Counted from the whole stretch's first letter, positions 11,207-24,082 are shown. The stretch is 62,209 bases of DNA, filler included, from 13 parts of 13 records of this genome joined end to end with filler, not necessarily neighbours in it; one strand, 5' to 3'. Notes: a model not told the origin generated them from the letters alone. A program made the numbers and translations.

Positions 11207-11915
11207 GTTGATGGTGCAGGCGGCTACTCGCGCAGCTCGAAGTTCGTCCGGCTTCGTTCGCCTTCGACGATTCGTTGCCGGCCCGGTGCCGCACCCGGGC
11301 GCGCGGGTGGCAGCCGGGCGCCGGCCGCGCGCGTCGCGCCGCGGCCAGTCTGGCATCACCGGATGCAGTGTAATTGATATATATACGATTACGATCGGCA
11401 TGCAGCAAGTGGATGTCCCCCGGGGTTCCGCGTGCTCGCCTGGGATTCTTGCGCGCTCATAATCGCTTGCCTGATGTCATTGCTGAGTGAAAACTTCGTA
11501 AGTGAGCTCAGAACACAGAAGTCAGGAAGCGAACGCCTCGCCGGAACGGACTCCGGACTGCAGATGCTCGGTTTCAAGATTCGTCTAGAGGATCCTTCGA
11601 AGAGAAAAACATGGAGAAAAATTGCTGGACGACACAAAAATTCACAATAAACAATTTAACCATATATCGATTACATGTATCGTAATGTGCTCAGTAGCAT
11701 AGCTTGAAGCGCTGCTGCGGTGACTCGGACGGAGACGTCGACGGAGCACGCGCCGCGCGCGCGCGCCCACCCCGCGCGTTGCGCGGCGGCGGGAGCACGC
11801 GGCACGCTACGGCCGNNNNNNNNNNNNNNNNNNNNNNNNNNNNNNNNNNNNNNNNNNNNTTAATTAATTAANNNNNNNNNNNNNNNNNNNNNNNNNNNNN
11901 NNNNNNNNNNNNNNN

Positions 11916-11934
11916 CTCCCAACGAATCCAACCC
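11916..11934 (+). repeat. 19-bp element CTCCCAACGAATCCAACCC; second copy in reverse complement at 27235-27253
   Basis: Exact 19/19 match on two different contigs, both at contig ends. Confidence 0.75.
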
Positions 11935-12063
11935 ACCCTCTGAGAACTTGCCACCTGGGTTCTGCACCGGCGTATCGTATTGTAGCGTGGCTTGTACTTC
12001 GTGCCGTACCACGGTACCAGCGATACCGATAGGCGGGACCAGCGAGGCTGCCGAGCTCCCCAC

Positions 12064-13224
12064 ATGGAGTTGCTGCCAGCTGAGCTGCTTGCAGCAGGGA
12101 TCCTCAGCCGGCTCGACAGCCGCTCCCTTGGGCGGGTCGCGTGCACGTCACGTGCGGTCCGCCGTCTGGCCAGCGCGGACGGGGCGTGGCGGCCCTTGCT
12201 GCTCGAACAAGGTATGACCAACGCTGGGATCGCGCTGTGGCAGGACGAGGACGAGGCGATCCATGGCGGCGGGCAGCAAACACGGCCACCGCTCATGCGG
12301 CTCTTTGCGTTCGCTGATCGCTACCACGAGGCCTTAGAGTTCGAAGTCTTGTCGCACAGGCCAAGTAGGACTGGCACGGGTGGACACTGGAACGCTTGCC
12401 TCGAGTTTGCCAATCCGTGGCCCAAAAACGTCTGGACGTTCTTCGCATCCCATAGTTGGGTCAGGCAGTCCACGCCCGCAGAGCATGTCGAGACTGTGCA
12501 GCTCGCAGATATCCCGGGAGCCTGCTCTGCCGAAGGTTTTGCCGCAACGTTTGAGCGCCGCGGTGAAGTGGTGCTGCTGCACCTTCAGCCGGCGTCTCTC
12601 CACCGCGATTTTGGTTTCTGTGCATCCACCAGCTATGGAGTACCCCGGCACCCAGACCATATCATCGGTGTTCTGCTTCCGCCTGGTGCCCACGCGGAGC
12701 GACTGGTGTCCATCGGCGAGCATGCTGGGCTGGGTTTTCAACAGCAGGATAAGGACGCTGAGTGTTTTCACTTGGAAGTGGTGCAAGCAGAGGACGTGCA
12801 GATAAACGGGATCCCAATTGCCAACGCCTGTCCTTTCGATCTCGCGAGCACAGGTGGGGCCATAGTCCCAACTACTCGCGCAACACCTACCGTTGATACC
12901 GGTCCTGCCTTCGACTGGGGGGCTCGCAAGATCGAGAAGCCCGCAGCCGGGCTCGCCGCTGAGCCCCAGCCTGCTCAGCCCGTCGTTGCAGATGCAGACA
13001 ACAAGGCGTCTGATGGCGAGCAAGCTGAGGCAAGATCAATTGCAGTTTCAACTGCAGAAGAAGGTTCCTGCAGCAGCACCAGCACCACCAGCAACAGCAA
13101 CAGCGCCACCGGCAGCAGTTGGGAGCTGGACGAGGATGCGGGTTGTGTGATAGATTGCAAAGGAGCGTTGTGCTTGAGCTACAAGGTGCTTCGTCGGTCT
13201 GTCGCGTTCCGGTCGATCCCGTAG
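12064..13224 (+). CDS. F-box protein with uncharacterised C-terminal domain; intronless
   Basis: F-box consensus directly after the Met at 12064: LPAELLAAGILSRLDSRSLGRVACTSRAVRRLASADGAWRPLL. Confidence 0.75.
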   Translation: MELLPAELLAAGILSRLDSRSLGRVACTSRAVRRLASADGAWRPLLLEQGMTNAGIALWQDEDEAIHGGGQQTRPPLMRLFAFADRYHEALEFEVLSHRPSRTGTGGHWNACLEFANPWPKNVWTFFASHSWVRQSTPAEHVETVQLADIPGACSAEGFAATFERRGEVVLLHLQPASLHRDFGFCASTSYGVPRHPDHIIGVLLPPGAHAERLVSIGEHAGLGFQQQDKDAECFHLEVVQAEDVQINGIPIANACPFDLASTGGAIVPTTRATPTVDTGPAFDWGARKIEKPAAGLAAEPQPAQPVVADADNKASDGEQAEARSIAVSTAEEGSCSSTSTTSNSNSATGSSWELDEDAGCVIDCKGALCLSYKVLRRSVAFRSIP

Positions 13225-13509
13225 CAACGAGTGCACGTTGGTTCGACATCCAATATATTAATCAATTTTCATTGTGCTGCAGCTATCTTGCGTTCGCACA
13301 CCACACAGGCGCTCTGACGTCGCGTCTTGCAACCGAGCGCACAATCATCATCACTCTCGTCGCCCTTTAGCTACCACTGCCGCGGTACACGAACATGCCC
13401 ACACAACAACGGACATGGAATCAAGCACTCGAGATGCAGAGAAACAGCAGTTCGATTGACGATGCTCAGCCTATTGGTCGCGTAATGTCTCTAACGTAAC
13501 GCAGCAGGC

Positions 13510-16500
13510 TTAATCCGAACCGCACCGAATGTTCGCGAGCTGCTGCTTTTGTTGCGGTGTCAACGTCCCAGCCTTTTCTCGCCGAGTTAGGAAAGCAAGC
13601 AGTGGGTTTGGCGCGCCACCGCCAGCCGGTGACTTCTGCGGACCAGCCGGAGAAGGATTTGTCGGGGGTACATTTCGTGCTTTCTTTTCGGCACTACCAA
13701 CGCTGGCAGAAGCCGGTGACTGTGCGGGAATTTGCGCATCATCTGCGGTCCGCTTCTTCGGGTTGGTTGCAGGTGAAGGTGTCCCCGTGGCGCTGACCGA
13801 CGATACACTGCTTGCGCCGCCACTGCCACCGCCACCTGATAACCTTGCGGTAAGCCGGGCAATCATCTTCTTCTGCTCCTCGACCATTTTTCGCTGCTGG
13901 CTGATCATTTTGTGCAGACGTGCAACTTCTTCTTTGCTGGCCTTCGTGTTCGCCTCCACTTCAGCCCGGGTGTTTGTGTTTTCGTCAGCAGTCTGCTTTG
14001 CCTTTGCCATCAGCTTCTCCACCGTGACGCGATTGGCCTCTTTTAGACTTTCCATCTCCTTCAACGCCTCCTCTTTGCTGATTGGTGGCAGTGCATGCAA
14101 CAACTTGCATTTAGACGCTCGGTAGAAACATAGGTTGCACACAGAGTCAACTGGGGCAAAATATTGAGCAAGCCCACGCACGCTGCTTTCTGGGCGGCAA
14201 TCCTCTCTTCTGCGGTCGCTGCAATTGTACGAAGCTTGCCTAGCTCGGCACTGTCTTGCGACTGCGCACTCGCGCTCGCCTGTGCTGCTTGCACTTGCGC
14301 CTGCGCTGCTTGCAGTTGCGACTGCAGAGCACCAACGGCCGACTCGTGCATCTTGCCCGCGGCAGCTAGAGCGGCAGACTTGTCTGTTGCAGCTGCGTCC
14401 TTGATAGAGTCAACCTTGTTGGTCAACGCAGTACAATTCTGCATGTTGTCTCAGGCTTCAGCACACGATGAATTGCATACACAGAATGAGTGAATGGTGA
14501 ACCAGCGTACCGCTTCCGCGTCTTGCAGTTTGCCTTGCGTAGAAGTCGCAGCCTCCTGAGCCTGCAACATTCAAAGACATGAAACCAGCAGCGCGGTGAT
14601 GCAGGATACCGACGCGGTGTCACGAAATGTCAAGGGTAGATCCAATACCTTTGCCAACTCGGATTCAGCAGTGCTCTTGTCTGTCTCGGCAGCATGTCGC
14701 GCCTCAACTGCTGCCGCAAGCTTTTTCACCAGCTCCTGCACCCTATGTTCAAGCTTTTCTACAGTCTGCTGGGCCGCAGTCAGCTCGGACGGGTCAACCT
14801 GCCCTTTCTGTGCCTCGGCAAGCTCCGACTCCAGCGCTGCAACTTTTGAAGCGTGCTCGGCTGACTTGGCCTGAGCCTTATCCTGCTCTTTAGTCACCGC
14901 GATCTCTTTTGCCTTTTCCGCTGCGCTTAGTTTCTGAGATGCGCCGGCAAGTGCCTTCTTTGCATCATCGACCTCGATCTGTAGTAGCCGAGCCTTCTGT
15001 TCAGTCCTAGCGAGATTTTTGGACTGCTCGGACGCGCTTGTATTCGCAGCCGACAATTGCCCTTTCATGGTCGCCAGCTGTGCATCCAGCGCAGCCTTTT
15101 CTTTACTGGCCGCCCCCATGGTGTCAGTCAGGCTCTGCTCCGCCGCCGCCGCCGCCTCCTGGGCCTGCTTGTTGATTGTGTCGCGTTGTGCCTCAGCGGA
15201 TTTTGCCTGTGCAAGCGCTGCAGATGCTTGTGTCTCAACAGCGGCCAGACTTGACTCTGTTGTGGCCAGCTTGGATGCAGTCTCGCTCAGATTGGCCTCG
15301 GTGGCGACCAGCTTAGACTCGGCTGCGGCGGCCTTAGACTCCGCATCGTAAAGCTTGGACTCAGCCTCAGCAACTTTAGCCATTGCAGCAGATATTTTGT
15401 TTCCCATATCCGCCGTTGCTTTCGCCGCCTCAGCCCCGGCAGCGCCACTTGCTGCCAGCTGGGCGCGTGCGGATTCGAGCTCCTGCTGTGCGCTGCTGGC
15501 CTCGGCCTGCACAACGGCACACGATTCCTTCGCCGCCTTTTCAGCTGCTGCGCTTGCAGAAGCATCATTTTGCAGCGTGACCACCTCGGCCTGCAAGCTC
15601 TCGATTCGAGCCGCGCTCGCTTGGATTTCAGTTTGCAATTGGGCGGCAGTTGACGCAGCGGATGCAGATTCCTGCACGGCAGCATCTGCTGCAGCTGCAG
15701 CATCTGCTGCAGCAGCCTTCGTTTCGTCCAGCTCCTTGTTGGCAGTCGCCAGCTTGGCTTCGAGCGCGGACAAGGTAGTCTTCATGGCAGCCGCTGCAGC
15801 CTCGTACTGTTCCTTCTGTGCAGCAGCTTCAGCCGCTCTTGAAGCAGCCTCGGCTTCTGCTGCTTTGGAGGCAGCCTCGGCTTCCGCGACGGCTTTCGCG
15901 GCAGCCTCGGCTTCTGCAATCGCTTTCGCTGCTGCGTCGGCAGACAGGGTACCCGCCTCCGTTGCAGCCACCACTGGCACAGGCGCGTCCTTCGAAGCGG
16001 CCAAAGCGACATCGCGCGAGGCCAGCTCCGCCGCGAGGGGACGCAGCAGCTCGTGCACGGTATCTTCACCTGGGACCGAGCCCGACTTTCTGACAGCCTT
16101 CGACAGCGATTTCACTGCATTGACGAGCTCGTCTGCTTCGGTCTGCACACGGCCTTGCTCAACCAGAGCGTCGCAACGACGCTGTTCAGAGACGTCGCGC
16201 TTTCGCTCGGCCTTCTTCTTCTCGTCCTTCAGCGTTGCAATCTGCTTCTTCAGGGCCTTGACCTGTCCAGGCAGGAGGGAAGCGTGAGACGCGCAAGTGG
16301 CACGCAGAGACGCAAGAGATCGTGCCGTACATCCGCATCGCCAGAACTTCCGGCTGGTGACGACCGCGGGTCGCCGTTTTTCAGGGTCTTGATTTCGCTT
16401 TGGGCCTTCTCCAACTTGGACTCCAGCGATTTGACCTGCTTGGCCTTCGCACTGTTTTCTTTAGCTAGCTGCGCCTGCAGTTGTTTCACCTGTGATGCCA

Positions 16501-17501
16501 GCTTCTTTGGGCTGCCCTGTGACGGGGCGCCCTGCAGCGCCTTCTTCAACGAGGCGATCTCCTTGTCCTTCGCGTTGATTTCAGTCAGGTGCTCTAGATT
16601 GCCGCCGGTCTTGCTGTTTTTGGCAGCCCGGGCTGCCGCCTTGCTCGCTGCCAGCTTATCCTCAGCGTCCGATCTGCGCTTGTCCATGTACTCCACTTTC
16701 TTGAGCAAGCTAGCGATGCGGCCGTGCAGGATCATCTGCTGATCCTTCTCCTTTCGGAGCTCCTCCTCGACTGCCTTCCGCTGCGCCTCACCCTCGAGCT
16801 TCGCGATGCGCAGCGAGCGCTGCGAGCAGGCCAAACAAGACACGCGGCACAAGTTTCACACCATCGCATCCCATTGCCCCCCAGCCCCCTCAGAGAGACA
16901 GAGGCACAACAAGAGCCACATCCAACCAGGCAGGCAGGCAGAGGAAGACAGGCAGACAGGCAGCCAGCCTGGCAGACAAACAGATAGACCTTCGCAGTGC
17001 TCTGTGACAGACAGGCGCCCACGCAGACAACTTGAGCGCCACCCATACAGCCACACGGCCGCATAGACAACCACGGCCAGCCAGCCACACGGACGCAAGG
17101 GTACACAGCCAGCCAGCACGCGGCATACAGAAAGACATACGCAGCGACAACAAGGGGCAGACAGACACCAGCCACACAGCCATAACTAGGGACAGCCAGC
17201 CAGCCAGGCATCATTTCATCATCGCCAGACGGCTCATCAGCGTTTCGCTCACCTTCGCCGTGCTCCCATCGTCGAGCTGCACCTCCACGCTGCCGCTGTG
17301 CCTCGGCCTCTTCGCCGCACCTGGCGCCCATCACAACCCCCAAATGTCAGTGACACTCATCCTCTCAAAAGCAGCAGCGACGACTCTCATTGGCCACGTC
17401 TGACAGGGCCACGCACCACTCGACCGCCGTGACCGCACCGGCTCCGGCGAGTTGTCCCCCGTCAGGTCGACCTCCTCCGCCTCGCCGCCCGCATTCGCCA
17501 T
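13510..17501 (-). CDS. Large Ala/Glu/Lys-rich coiled-coil protein (at least 7 exons; 3' end uncertain)
   Basis: Start MANAGGEAEEVDLTGDNSPEP at 17501. GTGCGT/GTGAGC/GTACGG/GTATTG/GTACGC donors join ORFs 16250-16852, 14571-16148, 14061-14444 and 13510-14181 into one heptad-rich protein with a low-complexity, basic C-terminal tail. Confidence 0.7.
16826..17250. repeat. Low-complexity GCCA/GGCA/GACA-rich expanded intron
   Basis: About 420-nt intron, versus about 100 nt typical here, filled with degenerate tetranucleotide repeats. Confidence 0.6.
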
Positions 17502-18054
17502 CACGCGCCGCTCGCTCCTATCACGCGGTGCACCAGGAAAAAAAAAAAGGCTGTGCCACTCAATTGTATGGGCGCTCCTCTGCTCTCGCTCGATTCTTTT
17601 TTCTGGGGCACCTCACCTCACAGAGCCGTTTTAATAACTCGTAATTATGTTCAATCTTTTGTATGGTAATTAGGGTTTATAATTACGAGTCTGTATGGTC
17701 TGCGGCGGGGCGATTGAGCGGGTTGCGCTATTGAAATGAGAGGCGGCGTGGCATCGGTCCCCGTTCAGCAATAGTCCAAAATTGTCGAAATGGCGCAAGA
17801 GATCCAGATCGTCACGAACACACGAACAGGCTGGGTTGTCACTCACTGCCATGGCGTGACGAGGCGATCGATCTGATGCACATTCTCAGAGAGACAGAAA
17901 TCGACTCACTCAGGTGAGTGCGACGTGCCCGCGCGCCCCACCTCGCTCGCTCTCNNNNNNNNNNNNNNNNNNNNNNNNNNNNNNNNNNNNNNNNNNNNTT
18001 AATTAATTAANNNNNNNNNNNNNNNNNNNNNNNNNNNNNNNNNNNNNNNNNNNN

Positions 18055-18230
18055 GTCTGTCTGTCTGTCTGTCTGTCTGTCTTCTACGCCTGTCTGCTGC
18101 GGCCCTCGCCCTTCTGTCCGCATCCTCTGCGTACGGCGGGTTGTCGCTGCTTCGCGCCTGTGCCAGTCTGTTGCTCTGTGCGCGCGTCTCTCTCTCTCGC
18201 TCTGTGTGCCTCTCTCTCTCTCTCTGTGCT
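18055..18230. repeat. (GTCT)n and (CT)n microsatellites at a contig end; similar (CCCCAG)n at 21981-22006, (GGGTGT)n at 22109-22130, (GCAAGCAG)n at 34070-34097
   Basis: Simple repeats directly visible at assembly breaks. Confidence 0.8.
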
Positions 18231-18343
18231 CGCTCTCGGTGATCTCGCCCTGTCGGCGCACTTTTGGCGCAGTGCGCGGTGGCGCTCTGTGCTTTCTATT
18301 GTGCTGCACTCACCGTAGTTTGGGGTCGGCTGTGGCTGCACAG

Positions 18344-20493
18344 GTGGATGGTGGGCCGCTGTCGATCAGCAGGGACAGGCCGAGCCCGCGCTTCAACGCG
18401 AGCGGGCTCTCGGAGGCAAGCTTGGTCTCCCCGACGGTACGGAATGCCGCGTGCCGCGCTGTGTGGCTGTGCAGCTGTGCAGCTGTGCGGCCGTGTGCGC
18501 GCGTGGCTCTGTGGCTCATACACCTCTGTCGCCAACCTGTGGTGTGTAGGTCTCGCTGGCGGCCATCGACGACACGCTACAGCGTCAGGTGCGTGCAGCA
18601 GCTGCCCCCCACATAAACTTGCCGGCTGCGGTCCTTGAGTGTGCCGACCCTTTGCTGCTCGCCCGGTGGCTGACGCTGCGCTTTCGGCGGAGCAGGACAT
18701 CGCGCGCAAACAGCGCGATATCAAACTAGGGTCCCTCGAGACGGAAATCGACGTCGTCCTCACAAAGTTCGCCGCGCAGCAGAAGAAGACTGAGCAGCTG
18801 GCAGACGCCGTGAATCGCCTGAACCAGGAGGTCGAGGAGGAGCGCAGCGCGCGGCGCCTGCTGGAAAAGGTCCTGCTGAAGATGGCCGAGGAGCAGACCC
18901 TGAAGGTGGTGGAAAGGGAATGTGCGAAGGAGCGCAACGCCCGCGATTCGTCCATGAAGAAGATGAAGCAGTATGCCGACCTCATCCACGAGAAGATCAC
19001 CACACGCGAGCGTGAGGCAGCCGCGGAGCGGCAAGTGCAGCGTTCAATGATACAGGTGCTGGCTCGCACGCGGCGCGCGCTGAACAAGCTGCACGAGCAG
19101 GTGATGAACAACCAAGGGGATCTTGAGGAGGTCCGTTGTCCACCTTGAGGATGCTCTGCCGCAGCTGCTGCAGTGTGCCCGGCTAAACGGCCCCTGTTCA
19201 CTAGTTTGTGTCCGTTCGGAGCTGGACCGGCAGCTTCTAACTCGACGAACGTGCCGTAAATTTCGCTTGCCCACTCGCAGAGAATCGCAACGGACATTGC
19301 GCATCTGAACACTCGCTGCAAAGAGCTCCAGGCTGCAGTGGATCATTCATCGCTGAAGGCGTCCCACGACAACGAGGGGCTGCGGAAAGAGACCGCCAAC
19401 AAAATTGAGGTCCTCAGTGTCAAGACGATGGTGAGCCGCCCACATGCCTGCAGTGTTCAGTATGAGTTCGCAAGCTGACACGTGTGCGACGTGCAGGACA
19501 CCGTTGACGAGATGAACAAGCTGCTGACGAGCAGGATTGCCGGCCTCACGGATGACGTGGCGAGCCTCAACGCCTCGCTGTCGAGTGAGAAGTCGGAGCG
19601 CGTTGCTGCTGATGACAATATCAACACCAAACTGCTTGCGCAGTGCGAAAAGGTACGTCGCACTTGCCGCGAGGCACGCTGGGAGACGCCACCTGTAGAG
19701 TACACATACGACAGAAATGGTCCTGCGTATATTCAAAGCAAACGCTGCGGTGCAGGTGCGGGAGGCGCTCGCGCGAGAGGTGCAGCAACGAGCAGACGAA
19801 GCCAGTGCTCAGCACAGGGCGGTTGAGGCCACGCTGCAGGTACGCTCCAAAGAAGTGCCCCGCGTTGACCCCGGTTCAGTTGGACTGATCTGAGACGGAG
19901 AGGCCTGTTTGTGCGAACAGAACGTGTTTATGTCGCTACAACAAGAGAAACAACAGCGCGAGGATGAGCTCTCTTCGTTGCAGCAGGGCCTGTGCGTCCG
20001 CCGAGATCAACCAATTCGATTGCGGCTACCTTGTTCCTTTGGCGCTCCATCATCCATCCGCGTTGGAAATGATAATGTCGCGCGTCCTACCCGCGGCTGT
20101 GGTAGCTCCCTTGCAGCCGAGTGTTGTGCTGACAGCGGGGGGTTGGTTGTTGTTATCGTGGCAGGCATGACGAGGCCTCTGTGCGGCACACGGAAAATAC
20201 TGCGCTGAGCGAGGTGCGTCCTCTCTCATCTTTCTTGTGTGATGCCGAACACCCCACTGAAATTCGTTTTGTTCGGCAGGTCGTCGACCGCGTGGCGGAC
20301 CGGCTGCGGGGAGGCATGCACGTGCAGGAGCTGCCCCTAGCAGCGGAGCTCAGGTGCGAAGAAGCCATGACCCGTCTGAGTGGCTTTGGATGCCCGCGTG
20401 AGTTGACCATGGCTGACCTTCTGCGCCCTGCCTTTTCTGTTGTACAGCAAAACGCAGGAGGAGCTGAATGTACTGCAGCAGTCCGGACGGTAG
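18344..20493 (+). CDS. Coiled-coil protein, 5'-truncated, multi-exon
   Basis: Short exons joined by GTACGG/GTGCGT/GTCCGT..AG introns. Heptad-rich ORF 18639-19148 and ERVAADD/QQREDEL repeats; last exon SKTQEELNVLQQSGR*. Confidence 0.6.
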
Positions 20494-20653
20494 GCCAGAC
20501 CGATTCTAAACCAGAGGCAATTGGCACACAGGCAGACTGCTTGTCAATAGCCAGTGTTGGCGGGCAGGTCAAATTACGTAGCGAGATTAGATGGTCATCT
20601 GCAACAAACGAATCGAATGTATTCGAATACATGATCTGGTCAATGTTTGACGC

Positions 20654-21776
20654 TCAAAGCGATTCGATTCTGTAATGCCAGTCCGTCTTCGCATCCGTCA
20701 GCTCCATCTTCAGCTGGCGGACGTCAGCTTCTGACATGTTCTCCGACGCAGCCATTGAGGTCAGTTTAGCATGCCATGTAGTGCACGTCTTGCGAGCGAT
20801 CCAGTCCTCGGGGAAGTGCGCGGTGGGGAGCGCACTGTGGTCCGCCAGCCAACACGCGTTAGAGTGATCCATCGGGCTTGCTGCTCGTGGGGAAGAAGTG
20901 CATGTGCTTCCACTCACTTGATTCCGCGCATCAACTCCTTGATGTTCGGGAGAACCTCATCGATACTGGTCAAATCCATCTCGAACAAATCAAGCAGATA
21001 GATGAGACGATCTGTCACGTTCGCGACCACTGCTGCTGAGAGCGCGCCTCCTGCGCCTGCGCCTCCGAACGAGTGAAGCGAACTCAGTCAGAACGCCACG
21101 GCAACGACCGCGCATTAGCAAGCGAGAGGGACGCACCACCGCCAGTGGTCGGGGGCGCGTGTACATCTCCGTCGAGGAGCAGCTTCACTGCGTATTTACA
21201 TGTGTTCCTAATGTCATAATCTAACAGGAACTTGTCCAGTTCGCCATCACCACGCTCGCTGAGCACGGAGCGCGAGCGGCTGAAGGCAGAGATGAGCTTG
21301 TCCGTGTGATGCCGGTATCTGCGAGGTCAGTGGCAACAGCGCGAGTGGTGGGCGTCCACGAGCATGTCCCCGTGTCGCACAGCCGGGAATGGCAGCTGGC
21401 AGCGACGCACACTTCATCAGATAACTCGCGGCAGCGGTTCTTCGCTTTCTCCAGCGCCTCACACTGCGAGAACCACGGTCGGCAGACAGCGTGTGAATCA
21501 CGGCAGGGAGAGAGCGTGCACGCGGAAGCATGCGCAAGAACTCAACGCGTGGCACATACCTCGTGGAACAGCGCGTATAGGTTGGCCAGCTCCTGCGTGA
21601 GCGCGCAGCGCCGGCTGGTCGGTCAGTGGCAGCGCGCGCAAGGGGACCTGCTCAAGCTGGCGACTTGCGAATAGCAGGGCAGCGAGCGAGGACGTTGCCA
21701 CCGCGCAACCGCTCGCCCAGCGTACCTCAAACTGGTCGCGCTCGGCGTTCGAGTCCCACGGGTCCTTGATCGCACT
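20654..21776 (-). CDS. VPS28: Vacuolar protein sorting 28 homolog (ESCRT-I), divergent, 5' end uncertain
   Basis: Spliced product WDSNAERDQFE/ELANLYALFHE/CEALEKAKNR..YRHHTDKLI..LDKFLLDY..VANVTDRLIYLLDLFEMDLTSIDEVLPNIKELM..FPEDWIARKTCTTWHAKLTSMAASENMSEADVRQLKMEL follows VPS28 along its length (ERExY..AELYA..LEKA; DEIxP; MSASDEL..QVRQM). Confidence 0.8.
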
Positions 21777-22191
21777 CTGCGGCCACAGCGCCCAGAGCAA
21801 GGCGGCGCTCAGCATCGGCGCACGAGGGGCAGCCACACCACGAGGGGCCTGGAAGATCGTCGCAGGCTACAACGAGCATGCAGGCGACAGCACTAGCGGG
21901 AGGGGGAGAGGGAGAGAAGGCGGCGGTGGAGAGGGCAGCAGCCGAAAAACGCTGCGGCCGAAAAAGCAGCTGCTCAGAAGCCCCAGCCCCAGCCCCAGCC
22001 CCAGCCGGNNNNNNNNNNNNNNNNNNNNNNNNNNNNNNNNNNNNNNNNNNNNTTAATTAATTAANNNNNNNNNNNNNNNNNNNNNNNNNNNNNNNNNNNN
22101 NNNNNNNNTGGGTGTGGGTGTGGGTGTGTGTGTGGGTGGGTGGATGACTGCGTGGCCGCCGACCCTGTATGTGCGCGCCTGCTTCCCACAG

Positions 22192-23878
22192 AGGACCGTT
22201 CGTCGAAAGCCCGCTGGTACAAAGGCCTTGTAAAGAAATATGACCGAAACTCTGACCGCTACCTGGTGCGCAAGCGACTTGCGAGAAGAATACGTACCCT
22301 TGTGTGGTGCTCCGTCACACAGGATTTGCTGCCTGCGCAGATCGTTTGGGAGACGGGCGGCCAGGACTGGGTGGACGAGCTGAAGGACAATGAGTACAAG
22401 ATGGCGAAGGCCCCTGCCCATCATGCGGCGGCGCCAGCGCCGGCTCCGAGCGGCTCTTCGAGCAGGCAGCAGAAGAGGAAGCGCTCCGTGAAGGAGGCCA
22501 AGATCCTCGTGTACGGGCTGCCCAACTCTGGCAAGACGTCCATCATCAACAAGCTCGCCGATCAGGCGGGGTTAGGATTCAGCGAGGACCCGGCCGGCCC
22601 GACACACATGTTCAACGTAAACCGCATGCATTGGAATGATGTGCGGCTGACCGTGTTCGACTTCGGTGGCAAGACCGAATGGCGGCGCTCCACGTGGAAG
22701 AATTATTTCGACCAGGCGGATGCACTGGTGCGTCACCGAATGAGCAGCTGTACGCCGCTCGCCGCTCGCGCTAGTCATTGGCTCATCCCTTTTGCCGCTC
22801 GCTGTAGGTGTGGGTAGTGGACAGTACCGATCGAACACACTTGGAAACCTGCCGGGAAGAGCTCCTTGCGATGCTAGGTACGCGCACAACGTACGCTTCA
22901 GTTAAGCCGTTGCTTGCTCAGGGATGTGTGGCCGTGTCTGCCTGTGCGTGCGTGCGTGCGTGTGTGTGGCTGTGTGATGCTGGCAGATTTTAGCGTGCTG
23001 GATGGGGTGTGCTTGCTTCTGTACGCCAACAAATTAGACCTCGACCAGGATTCGCCTCTGGACGTGAATGAGGTACCCCCGACTCCGATTTCGCGGCCCA
23101 CACTGTGCAGCGCAATCGAGAAGCTCGCGCCGTGTATGTGTCAGTCGCATGCCCGAACTCCTGCTGACTGCCTGATGTTGTGGTTGGCTACTGTAGATCG
23201 CAGACCACCTAGAGTTCAACAACCAAAACAACAAGATATTGCAGGAGCGATTATGGCACATCCAGGTATTGCGCGCATTACCACACCTGCGCACCTTTCG
23301 ATAACCCTGATGTAGGCAGCGCGCCTTCACTATGTTCGTGGGTAGAAAATCTCTCACTAAATAAGGCCACGGATCCTGCAGAGTTGTTCGGCAAAAACAG
23401 GCGACGGTTTGAAGGACGTGAGTTTGTATTCACAGTTTCTGTGACCACCACTGTCGACATTACAGAATGACTAAGCCGGTTGGATGCTGCCGTAGGGCAT
23501 GGATTGGTTGGTCGAGAAGGTCAAGAATCCAATACAGCGTGACGCTGACTATTACTATCACCGTGCTGCTGAGCTTCGGTTTCTTGGAGCCGCCGGAACG
23601 CCCACATTCAAGGATGCCGAGGACGACCTCGTGAAAGCCGTGGAAGTGTCTCGGCTCAATCAGCAGGGCCGAGGAGCGCAGGCTAAGCGGGGACAAGTGC
23701 GTCCGCTCGCTCAGTGTCATTCGTCCATTCTCCTCTCAGATCCGTCCCCTCGACTCTTACATGCGCGCATTTGGTGAACCCTTGTTAGCAGCCTGACAAC
23801 AAGGCGCACCGTGAGTTGCAAGAAGAGTTGCAGCGGGCAAAGGACGCCCGGCGACCCAGGCTGGTGAAAGGCCGTTAG
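22192..23878 (+). CDS. ARF-like (ARL2/ARL3-type) small GTPase with N-terminal Tudor-like and C-terminal TPR-like modules; 5'-truncated, about 8 exons
   Basis: G1 GLPNSGKT, switch I PTHMFNV, G3 DFGGK, WKNYF, VWVVDSTD, G4 ANKLD, G5 WHIQ/SCSAKTGDGLKD/GMDWLV after splicing. Upstream WYKGLVKKYD..YL/IVWETG; downstream YYHRA..FLG..FKDAEDDLVKAVE/QPDN. Confidence 0.8.
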
Positions 23879-24082
23879 GACTGGAACGGCGCTGTTGCTT
23901 ATGTTATGAATGTTGAGCCTGGTTTCACTCTGCAGTTTCTACCAGTGGTGATATGCATTGCTCTTTTTGAATACTCTTGTTCGTCTTCCACTCCGCTTGA
24001 CGGTCTCAATCTAACAAGTTTAAATGCTTGTCACTGATCACCTGGTAGTGCATCAGTGCATCAGCAGTTACTAGCTGCATCT

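Noticed and set aside
15019-16742. Long plus-strand Ala/Ser-rich ORFs (for example 15355-16287)
   Set aside because: Antisense shadows of the coiled-coil gene, expected at high GC.
20181-20675. 3' overlap between a plus-strand ORF and VPS28
   Set aside because: Splicing ends the plus-strand gene at TAG 20491-20493; the overlap comes from an unspliced frame.
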